NCBI GenBank assembly: GCA_963758295.1
Contig: CAVWUU010000004.1
Coordinates: 928,001 to 992,000, forward strand
Origin: Candidatus Eremiobacteria bacterium
GTDB taxonomy: Bacteria; Vulcanimicrobiota; Vulcanimicrobiia; Vulcanimicrobiales; Vulcanimicrobiaceae
Length of the DNA stretch: 64,000 bases
Direction of reading: 5' to 3'
Below the pieces are notes generated by a model, which ran no database searches, was not told where the DNA came from, and was given only the letters and a program-made list of their open reading frames with translations. Made by a program: the position numbers and the translations under genes. Below, one piece after another: positions 10,270 to 23,282 of the stretch. Each line of letters starts with the position of its first letter. Position 1 is the stretch's first letter.

Positions 10270-12108
10270 TTAGTTTGAGGCCGCCGCGTATTGCACGTCG
10301 GCTTCGACTGCATTGGTTCGCGGATCCGGCGCCTGAAGCGTGTAAGTGATGGTCATCGTTTGATGTTCCCAGCTGGCGCTATACGGAGCGGGTGACGGCG
10401 CCGAGAACGTCCACGTGCCGTCCGGCGCCGGCTTGCCGCTGGAGAAAACGATGCCCGTGCCTTGCAGCGTAACGCGATCGATGTATTTCAACCCCGTCCC
10501 TTGCAGCACGAGCGTTCCTTTCGGCAGATACGCTATTGCATGCGCGATCGACGGCATAGCGGGAAATATCTTGAAGGGAATTGGAGCGCTTGCGATACCG
10601 CCCGATTCCATCACGACCGCTGAACCGCCCGCGCCGCCGGCACTAGAGGCATCCAGCGTCGCCGTGATGCCGTCGGCAGTTCGCGCGAGATCCGTTACCG
10701 GAATCGCATGACCTAAGCCGTCTTGCACCGCGATTGACGCGACGCAGCTGCCCATCCCGCTCTTCCCGTCCGAGAACGTAAGCTTCGACGCTTTGCTCGA
10801 TTCGACGACCGACACGGCCGCCGCGTCATTCAAGCTCCACGTCGTTGGTCGCGGCATCACGATGTTCATTGGCGCGGACGTAAAGGCATCAAAGCCCCAC
10901 ACGCTTCCAATCGTTGCCGTCGCGCCATCAGCGATCGCCGCCGTCTGCTCCGGCGAAAGGCCGGCGTGATACCCCTTGAGCGGGTCGTACGAGGCGGGAA
11001 CGGTGAAGGATTGCGCCGGCGTCGTAAATTTTACGTTGTGTTCGCGGAAATAAATCGGGAGGCCGGTGAACGGCACGTTTGCGTCAAACGAGCCGCCGCC
11101 GACGCATACCGGCAGTTGCGCCACAGGCCCGTACGCCGGTTCTTGCGGATGCGTTGCTTGCGACCCGATTTGGAAATAAACGATCGTTGACGGCTTTGCC
11201 GCGCTTGGATCGTACGCCAAGTGTTCGTTCACATAGACGTCCGTCGAAGACGACCCGGGCTTCAACGCACCTGGGATGAAGACATAGTGTGCTTCGACAC
11301 GACGCTTTGCCAACAACTGATAGAGTCCACCGATGAGCATGCCATACGTTGCCGCGTTAATCGAGAGCTGATTTCCGAGCATCGACGTCACGTTAGCCGT
11401 TGTCGGCGCTTGATAGCTCGACGAAATCGCTTGGGCGGCGCAGGCATACTGCGTGCTCTGTGCGACCGAGTCGTTGAAACAGGCAGCATCGGCGAGGTCG
11501 TAGCCGAAGAGCGACTGCGTTGCCGAAGCAACGCGGCTGCGGCCGTCGTTCACCTGACCGGGCTGCAGCGACGAAAGAGAGTGCAGAAACGCGTCGAGCG
11601 TTGAGCGTTTGGCCATTGCACTAGCCGTGATCATCGCAGAATTGAGCAGCAGAGACCGATTGCTCAGCTCCGAGATCGCGCCGCGCGCGTCGCCGATGCC
11701 GAGGCCGCGCCGGTTCCCGTTCTCAGGCACCAGGAAAATGATCGGGGTTGCCGTTCCATCGTACGGAACTTTCCACACGTAGCCCGGTTTTGCGCGGCTC
11801 AGATCTTGATCGGCAATCGGAAATGACGGCCCGTGCTGCAGATAATTCTCATACATATCCGCGACAATGAGATGCCACCGAGGCGATTTGCTGTATTGAA
11901 CGCCTTTGGAAAAAGAAAGCTCTATGACGTCCCCTGACTTCAAAAAGGGAACCAGCGTCGCCGGCAATACGGTGCCGTTACGCGCGACACTTACGTTCAT
12001 GCTTGCGCCGAGGATGTTGAAAGCATTCGACGGCTTTTCCGGCGGCGACTGAGAAACCCCGAGCAGAACGACACAGGCTAGAAGCAGGCACAGTGCGCGC
12101 GATCGCAT
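10270..12108 (-). CDS. Secreted hypothetical protein
   Basis: 612-aa ORF with signal peptide; no family recognised. Confidence 0.7.
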   Translation of the reverse strand: MRSRALCLLLACVVLLGVSQSPPEKPSNAFNILGASMNVSVARNGTVLPATLVPFLKSGDVIELSFSKGVQYSKSPRWHLIVADMYENYLQHGPSFPIADQDLSRAKPGYVWKVPYDGTATPIIFLVPENGNRRGLGIGDARGAISELSNRSLLLNSAMITASAMAKRSTLDAFLHSLSSLQPGQVNDGRSRVASATQSLFGYDLADAACFNDSVAQSTQYACAAQAISSSYQAPTTANVTSMLGNQLSINAATYGMLIGGLYQLLAKRRVEAHYVFIPGALKPGSSSTDVYVNEHLAYDPSAAKPSTIVYFQIGSQATHPQEPAYGPVAQLPVCVGGGSFDANVPFTGLPIYFREHNVKFTTPAQSFTVPASYDPLKGYHAGLSPEQTAAIADGATATIGSVWGFDAFTSAPMNIVMPRPTTWSLNDAAAVSVVESSKASKLTFSDGKSGMGSCVASIAVQDGLGHAIPVTDLARTADGITATLDASSAGGAGGSAVVMESGGIASAPIPFKIFPAMPSIAHAIAYLPKGTLVLQGTGLKYIDRVTLQGTGIVFSSGKPAPDGTWTFSAPSPAPYSASWEHQTMTITYTLQAPDPRTNAVEADVQYAAASN

Positions 12109-12378
12109 CCGGGCGTTTTATGCGTTGGGCCTCCGGCGGCCTACAAGTTGGGTGCTACGCTCGTCCCGAGCGTACGCCAATGGCCCCTCCTCGGGGCATC
12201 CGTAGCGATAAGACCGCACAGCGTAGCAATGATGACGGTTTGAATGAATGCGGACGTAGTTAGACGCGTATTCTAATCAAACGCAGCGATACACGTCATG
12301 ACCATCGCGCCACGCGCAGACGCTTCGAACATTGATGCGGCAATCACGTGGCGGAAAGTGCGGGAGTGGTAAGCCTCG

Positions 12379-12642
12379 TCACGTGCCGGCGTTCGCCGCT
12401 TCAGTGATGACGGTAATGAGAATGCGCGCGTCATCTTTGTTCAAACCGTTCATCATGATGAACCCTTGCAACTGTGCCATGCTGACGCTTAGAACGGCAC
12501 CGCGACGTGCCGCCACGGTTACGTAGCCTTGAACGGCGGGTTCGACTTCGTCCATCGTACCGTTACCGGCGATAGTCCCAATATTGATAGTGCGTCCGGC
12601 CACGTCGTTGATTCGTACGTCGGAGAGCAGATGATAACTCAT
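12379..12642 (-). CDS. Hypothetical protein
   Basis: 87-aa ORF with protein-like composition. Confidence 0.45.
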   Translation of the reverse strand: MSYHLLSDVRINDVAGRTINIGTIAGNGTMDEVEPAVQGYVTVAARRGAVLSVSMAQLQGFIMMNGLNKDDARILITVITEAANAGT

Positions 12643-12807
12643 GTCGCCGGTGTTCGGGCGTCGATGCGACCCCGCCCTCTTGCTCTTGAAAGGCTGCCTA
12701 AACCGCTCCGAGTCGCGAGCGCGCGACTTCTTGTGCGCGGCGCAGGCGAGAGGGAAGTCGTCCCCGCCGCCATGGTTTCGAAGGAACGGTACAGCCTTGA
12801 TTTTAGG

Positions 12808-14314
12808 CTAAGGCACGATCGCAATGCCAGTTGGGGAACTCATAAAGGGAAATGAGCCGCTCGGCATCACAACGTTGCCATTCTGGTCATACACTGATAT
12901 AGATCCATTGAAGTTGCTACCAGCGCTGTCCGTCATGTAGTACTCCAGATTAGACGGATCAAATGCAATGCTAGTGTGAAGACGGCCATTCGGGTTGGGA
13001 AAACCGCCCGCTGTACTGACCTGGTTTCCATCTTCGTCGTAGACGGTCACAGTTGTATCGGCGTTCGTTACGTACAATCGCTTATTTGATGCGTCGAAGG
13101 CGATGCCAAGTGGTTGCACCAGGCCGGGAAAATCACCAGTTGTACTGACTTGATTGCCATCTTGGTCGTAAGCGGTTACCGTGTCGGTAAGCCGGTTTGC
13201 AACGTACAAGCGCTGATTCGATGCATCAAAAGCCACGGCACGAGGATCAGCAAGGCCCGGGAACGTCCCGCTCGGGACAATCGAGTTCCCTTGTTCATCG
13301 TAGACAAGTATGACCTTCGCCGATTCGAAGGCGACGTAGAGATGGCGGTTTATTGGATCGAATGCGATCCCAGTGGCTCCGCCAGCTGGCTCACCAGCAA
13401 ATGGCGCGCTCGTTAAGACCGGCTTTCCGTTTAAATCGTAAACTACGACGGCGTTTCCATTGGCCGATGAAAAGTATAAGAACTGATTGAATGAGTCGAA
13501 TGCGACAGCGGTTGGCACGCGCGCTGTTATATTTGGAAAAGTGCCCGCTACCGGCAGCAAATTGCCGTTTTCATCGTAACGTGCAACATAGGCTGGCACG
13601 TTCACGCATCCGTTGATCACATACACTTTCGTGCCGGGAGGCGTGGGCCCCGGGGTTGCGACCGGGGGTGTCGCGCAAGCGATTGGGCTTGGCGAGGGAG
13701 TTGGTGTTGGAGGCGGCGTGGGGCATGCAGCCCCTAGAGTGCCCGTAAACGGGATTACGACGTACGTGACGCCGTGGCGCATGGTGACACCATTAGCTCC
13801 TCCGCCAAAAGAAATCGTGGATCCGGAGACAGTGACGGCTCCGAGAATCCGTCCAGATCGACGCCGTAGAGTCGTACATCCAGACGTAAAACTTTCCTTG
13901 ACTCTTAGGAGTCGATGGCAACGTCATTCTGATCTTCGGAAAGGCGCTAAACGTAACGTCTGCCGACGTATTCATCGCGAAATATTCGAATGCCGTGCTG
14001 TTGCTAGCTGGAATGGCCGGCGTACCTTTCGGCGGCGAAATTGACACGCTGACGTTTAATTGCGTACCCGGCGGCGCATTGTTTTTTGGAACTGCGATGA
14101 TGCTAGTGATATTGCTCGCTGTTGGGAGCGCGTTCGAACCAGCTTGCGAGAGAGCAATCGAAACACTTAGGGGTTGCGTTACCGGTCCCGGATTGTTCGG
14201 CTGTGTTGGCGTCGTAGAAACACCCGGTCCATTTCCACTGCACGATACGAGAACTACGAGTAAACCGACTATCCCTCCACCGGACACCGTGGCGTGGATT
14301 TTATGACGGATCAT
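12808..14314 (-). CDS. Lipoprotein with six-bladed NHL/YncE-like beta-propeller; frameshift near 13840
   Basis: Lipobox LVSC, Pro/Thr linker, six repeats of YD.xGN...G.FP...P..IAFD..N..LYV. Confidence 0.7.
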
Positions 14315-14643
14315 CGTATCGTCCTCTCTGGGGACTTCACAGCAAAAACGAACCGGCTTTGCTATGAATGACAGTTAAGGAGCACAGCGAGGAATTTCTT
14401 CAGTAGATGTATGGTATCACCCGAATCATTGGGCTATATACAAGCGACCACTCCTGTATGACAGTGCGCTCCCTCTCGCTATCAGACCAATGCCAAGCTG
14501 AATCGACCGAACATTGCGTCGGCGCATATAGCGGCGTGATGAGTTTTCGGCGCAAAGTTTAATCGCCCGCAAACCGAGCAATGATTATCCCGGCGTGCGA
14601 GATTGTGCGTGTTTCTATTGTCTCTATTTGCTATATAAACTTC

Positions 14644-15252
14644 GTGAACAGTGAATTTGCGCTAGAAGGTGATACCGTGCGCCTCGAACCGCTCTCGCGC
14701 CATCATCGCAAGGGCCTGGCGGCGGCAGCTAATATTGACCGTTCCATCTATCAATATAGCCTTGTTCCTCAATCGAACGAAGAACTCGATGAGTACATCG
14801 ATACGGCGATCTCCTGGCGCAATGCCGGTAGCGCGGTTCCATTCGCTACTATCCGCAAGTGCGACGATGTGATTCTTGGTTCGACGCGGTTTTGCAACAT
14901 CGAGAGATGGCGATGGCCCCAGAAACATGAACGCCACGGACGCCAATTTCCGGACGCATGTGAAATCGGCTATTCGTGGTTGCGCGCCGATGCGCTGCGC
15001 AGCGGCGCGAACGCGGAAGCAAAGCTGCTAATGCTAACGTACGCATTCGAGCATTGGGGCGTCCTGCGCGTGTGCATCCACACGGACGTTCGGAACGAGC
15101 GCTCGCGTAGGGCCATCGAACGTCTCGGTGCACGATTCGAAGGAGTGCTTCGTTATAATAGCGTGGCGGCTGACGCTACGCCGCGCAACTCGTGCCGCTA
15201 TTCGATTGTACGCGAAGAATGGCCGACGGTGAAACGGCGCCTTAGTGATTAA
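14644..15252 (+). CDS. GNAT N-acetyltransferase, RimJ/RimL family
   Basis: VRLEPL, EIGYSWL, NAEAKLLMLTYAFE, NERSRRAIERLGARFEGVLR. Confidence 0.9.
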   Translation: MNSEFALEGDTVRLEPLSRHHRKGLAAAANIDRSIYQYSLVPQSNEELDEYIDTAISWRNAGSAVPFATIRKCDDVILGSTRFCNIERWRWPQKHERHGRQFPDACEIGYSWLRADALRSGANAEAKLLMLTYAFEHWGVLRVCIHTDVRNERSRRAIERLGARFEGVLRYNSVAADATPRNSCRYSIVREEWPTVKRRLSD

Positions 15253-15872
15253 GTGCGCAGTCTTCGCAAGCACTATGCTGTAAAACGTTCCCATGCGATA
15301 GAGGCAACCAGCGCAGTACGCCCCGAGCCGCTCCACGTAAAACCGCCGCCCTCATAGGCGTGACAGTTGTCCGTGTTGAGTACCACGCCGTGGCAGTGGC
15401 CCGTGCAGACTCCCTTGGTGGATCCCTCGATGTAGAATCCGGATGGCCAAGGCATGCTGCACGGCTCCGTCCCGCTCGTGCACACGTACGCACCCGACGT
15501 CACGATCGGGCTATCGCCCAGTATGTATCGGGCACTCGAAAGGTTTCACCGATCGCGATGCGCGACGGCCCTTATTGCCCCGCGTGCAGCCGGACACAAA
15601 CACGGAATCGTCACGTCGTATCAGCAATTGAACTGCGAAAGCTTCCAGTGCGACGCCGCGCCGAAATGCCGCGCGAACAACAGAACCGTGTTCATGGCCG
15701 ATTACAACTCGGAGGCGGCGGCTTTGACGCGCCGATCGCGTGCGACCTTGCGGACGGCATGGTCTTTTACGTAACTCACCTGGGCGGCCGTCGATCCTAA
15801 ACCTTAAAGAGACAAAAGGGATCAGCGAGCTATACTCGCTGCGCGAACACTCTGGCCTGGCTCCGATCATGC

Positions 15873-15910
15873 AAAAACGCCCGCATTACGCACGGGCGCT
15901 TTCATTTTTT
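15873..15910. terminator. Bidirectional terminator downstream of mazF
   Basis: AAAAA-CGCCCG...CGGGCG-CTTTCATTTTTT. Confidence 0.6.
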
Positions 15911-15924
15911 GATATCGAGCCTCG

Positions 15925-16263
15925 TTACGTGAGCTTCAACAATGCCGCGATGCGCGCGACGACTTCATCGACGAGAGACTCCGGCGCGATCTCTTCGAAA
16001 ACGGCGTTTCTAGATCTCCAATCGACGCTTCGAACGTGATCCGAAAGCACGACGCCATGCGTCGCCAGATCGCTCGGCAGCGGAACCTCGAACCGGAAGC
16101 CTTTGACCTTGCTCGTGATCGGGACGACCAACGCAAGCCCTACGACTCCGTTATAAGCGCTGGGACTCAACACGAGACCCGGGCGCCGATTCGCCTGCTC
16201 CGAACCCGACTGCGGCGAAAAGTCGATATAGACGATGTCCCCCCGGTCGGGCGTATACGGCAT
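15925..16263 (-). CDS. mazF: MazF/PemK endoribonuclease toxin
   Basis: PDRGDIVYIDFSPQSGSEQANRRPGLVLSP..YN..VPITSK..DHVRSVDWRSR. Confidence 0.95.
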   Translation of the reverse strand: MPYTPDRGDIVYIDFSPQSGSEQANRRPGLVLSPSAYNGVVGLALVVPITSKVKGFRFEVPLPSDLATHGVVLSDHVRSVDWRSRNAVFEEIAPESLVDEVVARIAALLKLT

Positions 16264-16266
16264 ACC

Positions 16267-16512
16267 TTACCAGACGTTCTCGGCGCCTACGTCGCCACCA
16301 AAATCAGTTTCTTCGTGGAGCGTTTCCGGCGTCACGCCCTCAAGCAATTCATCGAGAGTATATCGAGGCCGGACCGGATGGATGATGACGTATCCCTTTT
16401 CGACTTGGATGGAGACGCGATCGCCCTCTTGGAGCCCGGCAGTTTCGACAACACTTTTGGACAGGCGAACAGCCAAGCTGTTGCCCCAGCGATCAAGTAC
16501 CGTAGAAGTCAT
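16267..16512 (-). CDS. mazE: MazE/AbrB-fold antitoxin
   Basis: RWGNSLAVRL ... YTLDELLEGVTPETLHEETDFG..VGAE; directly upstream of mazF. Confidence 0.92.
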   Translation of the reverse strand: MTSTVLDRWGNSLAVRLSKSVVETAGLQEGDRVSIQVEKGYVIIHPVRPRYTLDELLEGVTPETLHEETDFGGDVGAENVW

Positions 16513-16555
16513 GCGTGCATACTTTCTGCGCCGTCCGTTGCGCCGAAACATCGAA

Positions 16556-16574
16556 GTATATACAAAGTATATCC
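16556..16574 (-). promoter_or_regulatory. Probable MazE autoregulatory operator
   Basis: Inverted repeat (minus strand GGATATAC-TTT-GTATATAC) about 45 nt upstream of mazE. Confidence 0.6.
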
Positions 16575-16753
16575 GAACCCCTGTTCGCTTTAACACCGAA
16601 CAGCAAATTAATTTACGCCCTTGGCTTTCGCCGCAGAGCCGCCGCTGGGTTGACGGTGATGATTTCGCGCTTGACCGCAGCCTCCAGCACGCGCCCAATG
16701 AGGGAATAGAGCCGCTGCTTCGCGACGTCGCCCCGGGGGCAGCGCTTGATCTT

Positions 16754-16926
16754 ATGCGACTATTGGTATGGCAGCGCTCTCCGAGAGGCTCAAGAGGGCG
16801 GCAAAGCTGACGGGGCTCAAATCAGGAATAGCGACACCGCAAGCCGATCTCGATCGCATCGAGCAACGATTGAAACAGGCTCGTGCCCTCGCCGCAGAGG
16901 CTAAGAGAAGCACTCATGAGCAATAA
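16754..16926 (+). pseudogene. Internally deleted RelE-superfamily (Gp49/HigB-like) toxin
   Basis: N-terminal remnant YGSALREAQEGGKADGA joined out of frame to C-terminal KSGIATPQADLDRIEQRLKQA; overlaps start of HTH antitoxin. Confidence 0.65.
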
Positions 16927-17275
16927 GACTGAAAAAATCAAGGTAACCGAAAGTAGTCGCAACGTGTTTGCCGATCTTGGACTGCCAAACGCCGACGAAC
17001 GTCTGGCGAAAGCGAACCTTGCCATCGTGATCAAACGCGAACTCGACGATCGCAAATGGACGCAAGCTCAGGCAGCGGAGTATCTCTTCCTCACCCAGCC
17101 GCAAGTCTCCAAAATTCGTAACGGACGACTCGAAGATTTTTCGCGCGACATGCTACAGAAAATCTTGCGCAACTTAGGGATCGACGTCGAGATTTCACTG
17201 CACAAGCGCGCAGACGGTGGGGATCGGAACGCTCCGCGTCCTCCAAGCCGGTTAGCGCATGAGTATCGAACCTGA
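16916..17275 (+). CDS. XRE-family HTH antitoxin (HigA-like)
   Basis: SSRNVFADLGLPNADE..KANLA..WTQAQAAEYL.LTQPQVSKI.NGRL.DFS; 3' end possibly frameshifted. Confidence 0.85.
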   Translation: MSNKTEKIKVTESSRNVFADLGLPNADERLAKANLAIVIKRELDDRKWTQAQAAEYLFLTQPQVSKIRNGRLEDFSRDMLQKILRNLGIDVEISLHKRADGGDRNAPRPPSRLAHEYRT

Positions 17276-17451
17276 CGGTGAAGCGGACATTCTACCTCCT
17301 ACCATGTGCTCCGACGACTGACGGTCGAGCGTAAACCCGATTCCTCGGAAATGCGGCCGGCCATTGAGCAATTCGACACATAATCATCTCGACGCAAGAA
17401 GCGGATAACCTGAACGGTGTGCCGGTTTTACAATCACGATCGCCCGAAAAT

Positions 17452-17487
17452 CAAAAGCCCCGCGAAATGTTTCATTTCGCGGGGCTT
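17452..17487 (-). terminator. Terminator downstream of tRNA-Asn
   Basis: Perfect AAGCCCCGCGAAATG / CATTTCGCGGGGCTT stem followed by a T-run on minus strand. Confidence 0.85.
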
Positions 17488-17492
17488 CGACA

Positions 17493-17568
17493 TGGCTCCG
17501 GATGCTGGACTCGAACCAGCGACCCGCTGATTAACAGTCAGCTGCTCTACCAACTGAGCTAATCCGGA
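17493..17568 (-). tRNA. tRNA-Asn(GTT)
   Basis: TCCGGATTAGCTCAGTTGGTAGAGCAGCTGACT-GTT-AATCAGCGGGTCGCTGGTTCGAGTCCAGCATCCGGAGCCA; 76-nt cloverleaf with CCA. Confidence 0.97.
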
Positions 17569-17758
17569 ACGTTGACTGCGGGATTGTATCGGATTTAGAA
17601 ACGTTCCGCAACCGTTTCGGGCCCTATTGCGGCAACTCCGTACCGAGCGGGCCGGGAGCCTCGTTCTGCGACCCGACCCGTACCCCTCCCGGCTTACCAA
17701 CGGCTTACAATCGTCCGACCAAAGTCGAGGGCAGCGATCGGCCAGGGGCCAAGCAGCG

Positions 17759-18442
17759 TCAGGCAGCGTTGTGAAAGATTATCCCCAGAGCATATCGCAA
17801 GCCGCCGTCGATGCTGCTCACTCCGTGTCGCATCTTCACGCGGTAGTATCCGGTTCGTCCGCGCACGGGGCGTTCGTTGGTACAGAATACGATCGCTTCC
17901 CCTTGCTTGGCGCGGATTACCATGGGCTTCGACTGCATGCGCGGGCGCTGTTCGACCAGCACGAATTCGCCGCCGGAATAATCGCGCTCCGGTTCGCTCA
18001 GCATGACGACCATTTGAAGCGGAAACGCGAGGTCCCCGTAAAGATCTTGGTGCAAGCAGTTATAGCCGCCGCTTTCGTACCGTAAAATCAGCGGCGTCGG
18101 CCGGCATTGTCCCGCCTCAGCGCATCGCTCCAGAAACGCATCAAGCGTCGCCGGATAGGAAACGCCGGAGCGCATTCGATCCATCCAACGGTTTGCCACG
18201 GGCGCAAGTTGCGCATAGACTTCGTGTCGCACCGAATCAATTAGCGCCGGCAGCGGATTCGCGAAATACTTGTATTCGCCCAAGCCGAAGTTGTGGCGTT
18301 CCATAACTACGCGGCTGCGAAAGCGCGCATCGTCGTCATAGAACGAAATCAGCTCCCGGCATTGCGTTTCGTCCAGCACGCGGCCGGCGCGGAAGTAGCC
18401 CTTCTCATCCAATTCACGCGTGAGCGCTTCTTCGTCGAACAT
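17759..18442 (-). CDS. 2OG-Fe(II) oxygenase (prolyl-4-hydroxylase-like)
   Basis: LHQDLYG (HxD), GGEFVLVEQRPRMQS, MRHGVS, RYALGIIFH. Confidence 0.9.
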   Translation of the reverse strand: MFDEEALTRELDEKGYFRAGRVLDETQCRELISFYDDDARFRSRVVMERHNFGLGEYKYFANPLPALIDSVRHEVYAQLAPVANRWMDRMRSGVSYPATLDAFLERCAEAGQCRPTPLILRYESGGYNCLHQDLYGDLAFPLQMVVMLSEPERDYSGGEFVLVEQRPRMQSKPMVIRAKQGEAIVFCTNERPVRGRTGYYRVKMRHGVSSIDGGLRYALGIIFHNAA

Positions 18443-18503
18443 CGCTCAATAATAACAAAAGCGGCCGGATTGCTCCGACCGCTTTCTTGCGGGACGAGGG
18501 AGC

Positions 18504-19107
18504 CTACCGTTGACCGCCGCCGGATTGACGGCGAATGGTCACGGTATTGTTCAGCGTGATCTGCACGTTCGAGCCGTGCGGCAGATCGAAGTTGGTCTTC
18601 TTGTTGACGCCGTAGAGCAGGCCGCCCGCCGCGCCCAGCGACGCCGCCGCCGCCCGTGTGGAAGATCGTCTTGCCGAGCACGTTGCCGAGCAGCATGCCG
18701 CCGAGCGTCGTCAGCGCGACGTGGCCGCCGTTGGCTTGTTCGGTCTTCCGCTGGTCTTGCGTCATCGTTGCCGAGATATCGACGGTGCTGCCGTCGGCCA
18801 AGCCGCAGGTAATCAAACTGCAGGCCGAGTGCGGGCTTCTTGCCCTGTCCGGCTGCCGTGACGCTCGTCACTTCACCGGCGATGATCGCGCCTTGAAACG
18901 CGGGGTCGCCGCTCGGATACGGCGGCACGACGTCCATCACGAAGCGATCGCCGACATGCGCGTTGCCGGTGTTGATGTCGTGCGCAGGCGTCCGTTGATT
19001 TGCGCTCCCTGGTAGAGCGTCAGCGTGCTCTGCGCCGACGCCGCGAACGTCGTTCCGACGAAGGCCGCGAGCGCTGCGAGCGCCATCAAGCCGTTGCGAA
19101 ATTTCAT
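18504..19107 (-). CDS. Secreted protein with glycine-zipper segment; several frameshifts
   Basis: MKFRNGLMALAALAAFVG signal after AGGAG RBS; TLGGMLLGNVLGK..GGGGVAG..GGLLYG reconstructed across frames. Confidence 0.6.
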
Positions 19108-19210
19108 TCTGTTCTCCTTTGTATGCGCGATGCATACTCGTCCTACAAACGCGAAGACCCCGCGGGTGCGTTCCGCAGGGCCTTGAAGTTTTCTGGCCGA
19201 TGCCAGCTAA

Positions 19211-20441
19211 CTATTTTGCGAAGTTCGGTACGCGCAGCGCCTCGCCGGTAAACCCGGTCGCTTCGCGCAGCGCGTCGACTTTATCGAGGCGCTCCCACGG
19301 CAGATCGAGGTCCGGACGTCCGAAGTGGCCGTACGCCGCCGTCTGCTTGTAGATCGGACGGCGCAGGTCCAGGTAGTGAATGATCGCGGCCGGACGCAGA
19401 TCGAAGACTTTCTTAACGGCTTCAGCGATCTGTTCTTCCGCGATCTTCGCGGTGCCGAACGTTTCGACGAGCACGCTCATCGGTTCGGCGACGCCGATCG
19501 CATACGCGACTTGCACTTCGCAGCGATCCGCAAGGCCCGCCGCGACGACGTTTTTCGCGACCCAACGCGCCGCGTACGCTGCCGAACGGTCCACCTTCGT
19601 CGGGTCTTTGCCCGAGAACGCGCCGCCGCCGTGACGCGCCATGCCGCCGTAGGTGTCGGCAATGATTTTGCGTCCGGTCAATCCGGCGTCGCCCATCGGG
19701 CCGCCGATGACGAAACGGCCCGTCGGATTCACGTAGATGCGCGTGTTCTCGTCCATCATCGCCGCCGGAATGACGTGCTTTGATGACGTGTTCCGTCACG
19801 TCTTTGCGGATCTGCTCGAGCGTCGCATCCGGATCGTGCTGCGTCGAAATGACGACGGCATCCACGCGCACCGGCTTGTCGCCTTCGTACTCGACCGTGA
19901 CTTGCGACTTGCCGTCGGGGCGCAGATACGGCAGCGTGCCGTCTCTTGCGAACGTGCGTCAAGACGGCGCGTGAGGTTGTGCGCCAGCACGATCGGCAGC
20001 GGCATCAGCTCCGGCGTTTCGCGGCACGCGTAACCGAACATCATGCCTTGATCGCCGGCGCCGGTCGATTCGAACTCGTCGCTTCTTGCCGGTGCGCGCT
20101 TCGAGCGACTTATCGACGCCCATCGCGATGTCCGGCGACTGTTCGTCGATCGACACGTTCACGCCGCACGTGTTCGCATCGAAGCCGACGACGGAATGGT
20201 TGTAACCGATCTCGCGGATCGTTTCGCGCACGAGACGCGGAATATCGACGTAGCTCTTCGTCGTGACTTCGCCCGCGATGTGTACCTGTCCGGTGATCGC
20301 GAACGTTTCAACGGCGACGCGCGACATCGGATCGTCGCGCAGCATCGCGTCGAGAATCGCGTCGGAAATTGCATCGGCGACTTTGTCGGGGTGCCCTTCG
20401 GTGACCGATTCAGAGGTAAAGAGACGGCGGTACTGATTCAC
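19211..20441 (-). CDS. metK: S-adenosylmethionine synthetase; frameshifted in assembly
   Basis: [66 protein letters not shown]. Confidence 0.95.
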
Positions 20442-20443
20442 GC

Positions 20444-22416
<1,973 letters not shown>

Positions 22417-22431
<15 letters not shown>

Positions 22432-23271
22432 GATCAGCGGCAGTTTCTCGCCCGACATATATGCGGTAATCTCTGCGTGCGCAATTGCATCGGCGGCAAA
22501 CGTAAACGTTCCGTTCTCGTGCACTTCACGCGCCGCGCGAACGAATGCGCCAAATGCCGCCCGAGCAAACGCGCCGCCGACACTGATGCGTTTTACGCCC
22601 GCCGCGGCAAGCTCTTCCACGGTGAACGTCGCACCCTTAAGGCCCATCACCACGTTTACCGGCCTATCGACCGCGGCGCAGACCTCACGAATCGCGTCTA
22701 AGCTAGGCAGCGCGGGAGCGTATACGACATCGGCACCCGCTGCTGCGTACGCCTGCAGCCGGCGAATCGTATCATCGAGATCCGCACGCCCGTGTAAAAA
22801 GTTCTCGGCGCGTGCCGTCAGGACGAACGGCAAGGACCGTGCGGCCTCGCAGGCCGCGGCTACTCGTGCCACGGCTTCTTCGAATCCGTAGATCGGATCG
22901 GCGGCATTGCCGGTCGCATCTTCGATCGAACCACCGGCTAAGCCGATTGCGACAGCGCGGCGGATCGTTTCCGCACAGGCCGGCGGCTCTGCGCCAAAGC
23001 CGTCCTCCAGATCGGCTGAAACGGGAAGATCCGTTGCCTCCACGATTTCGCGCGCATTCTCGAGCACTTCATCGCGCGAAAGACCGGCTGCCGAATCCCG
23101 GCGGCCGACTGAAAACGCGTACCCGGCACTCGTCGTCGCAATCGCTTCAAAGCCGAGGGCCGCCAGTATGCGAGCCGATCCCGCGTTCCACGCGTTGCCG
23201 ACGACAAATGCACCTGGGCGCTCGTGCAAACGGCGAAAAGCCTCGCACTTTTCGGTTGCGGATACCGGCAT
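22417..23271 (-). CDS. Isocitrate lyase / PEP mutase family protein
   Basis: NAWNAGSARI, IATTSAG, PVSADLEDGFG, GGSIED, LTARAE, AGADVVYAP. Confidence 0.9.
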
Positions 23272-23282
23272 CAGGCCAGCTC

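Noticed and set aside
15858..15867. att-like copy of the tRNA-Asn 3' end (TGGCTCCG-AT vs TGGCTCCGGAT)
   Set aside because: Only 8 exact bases; expected by chance in GC-rich DNA, although it does bracket the TA islet
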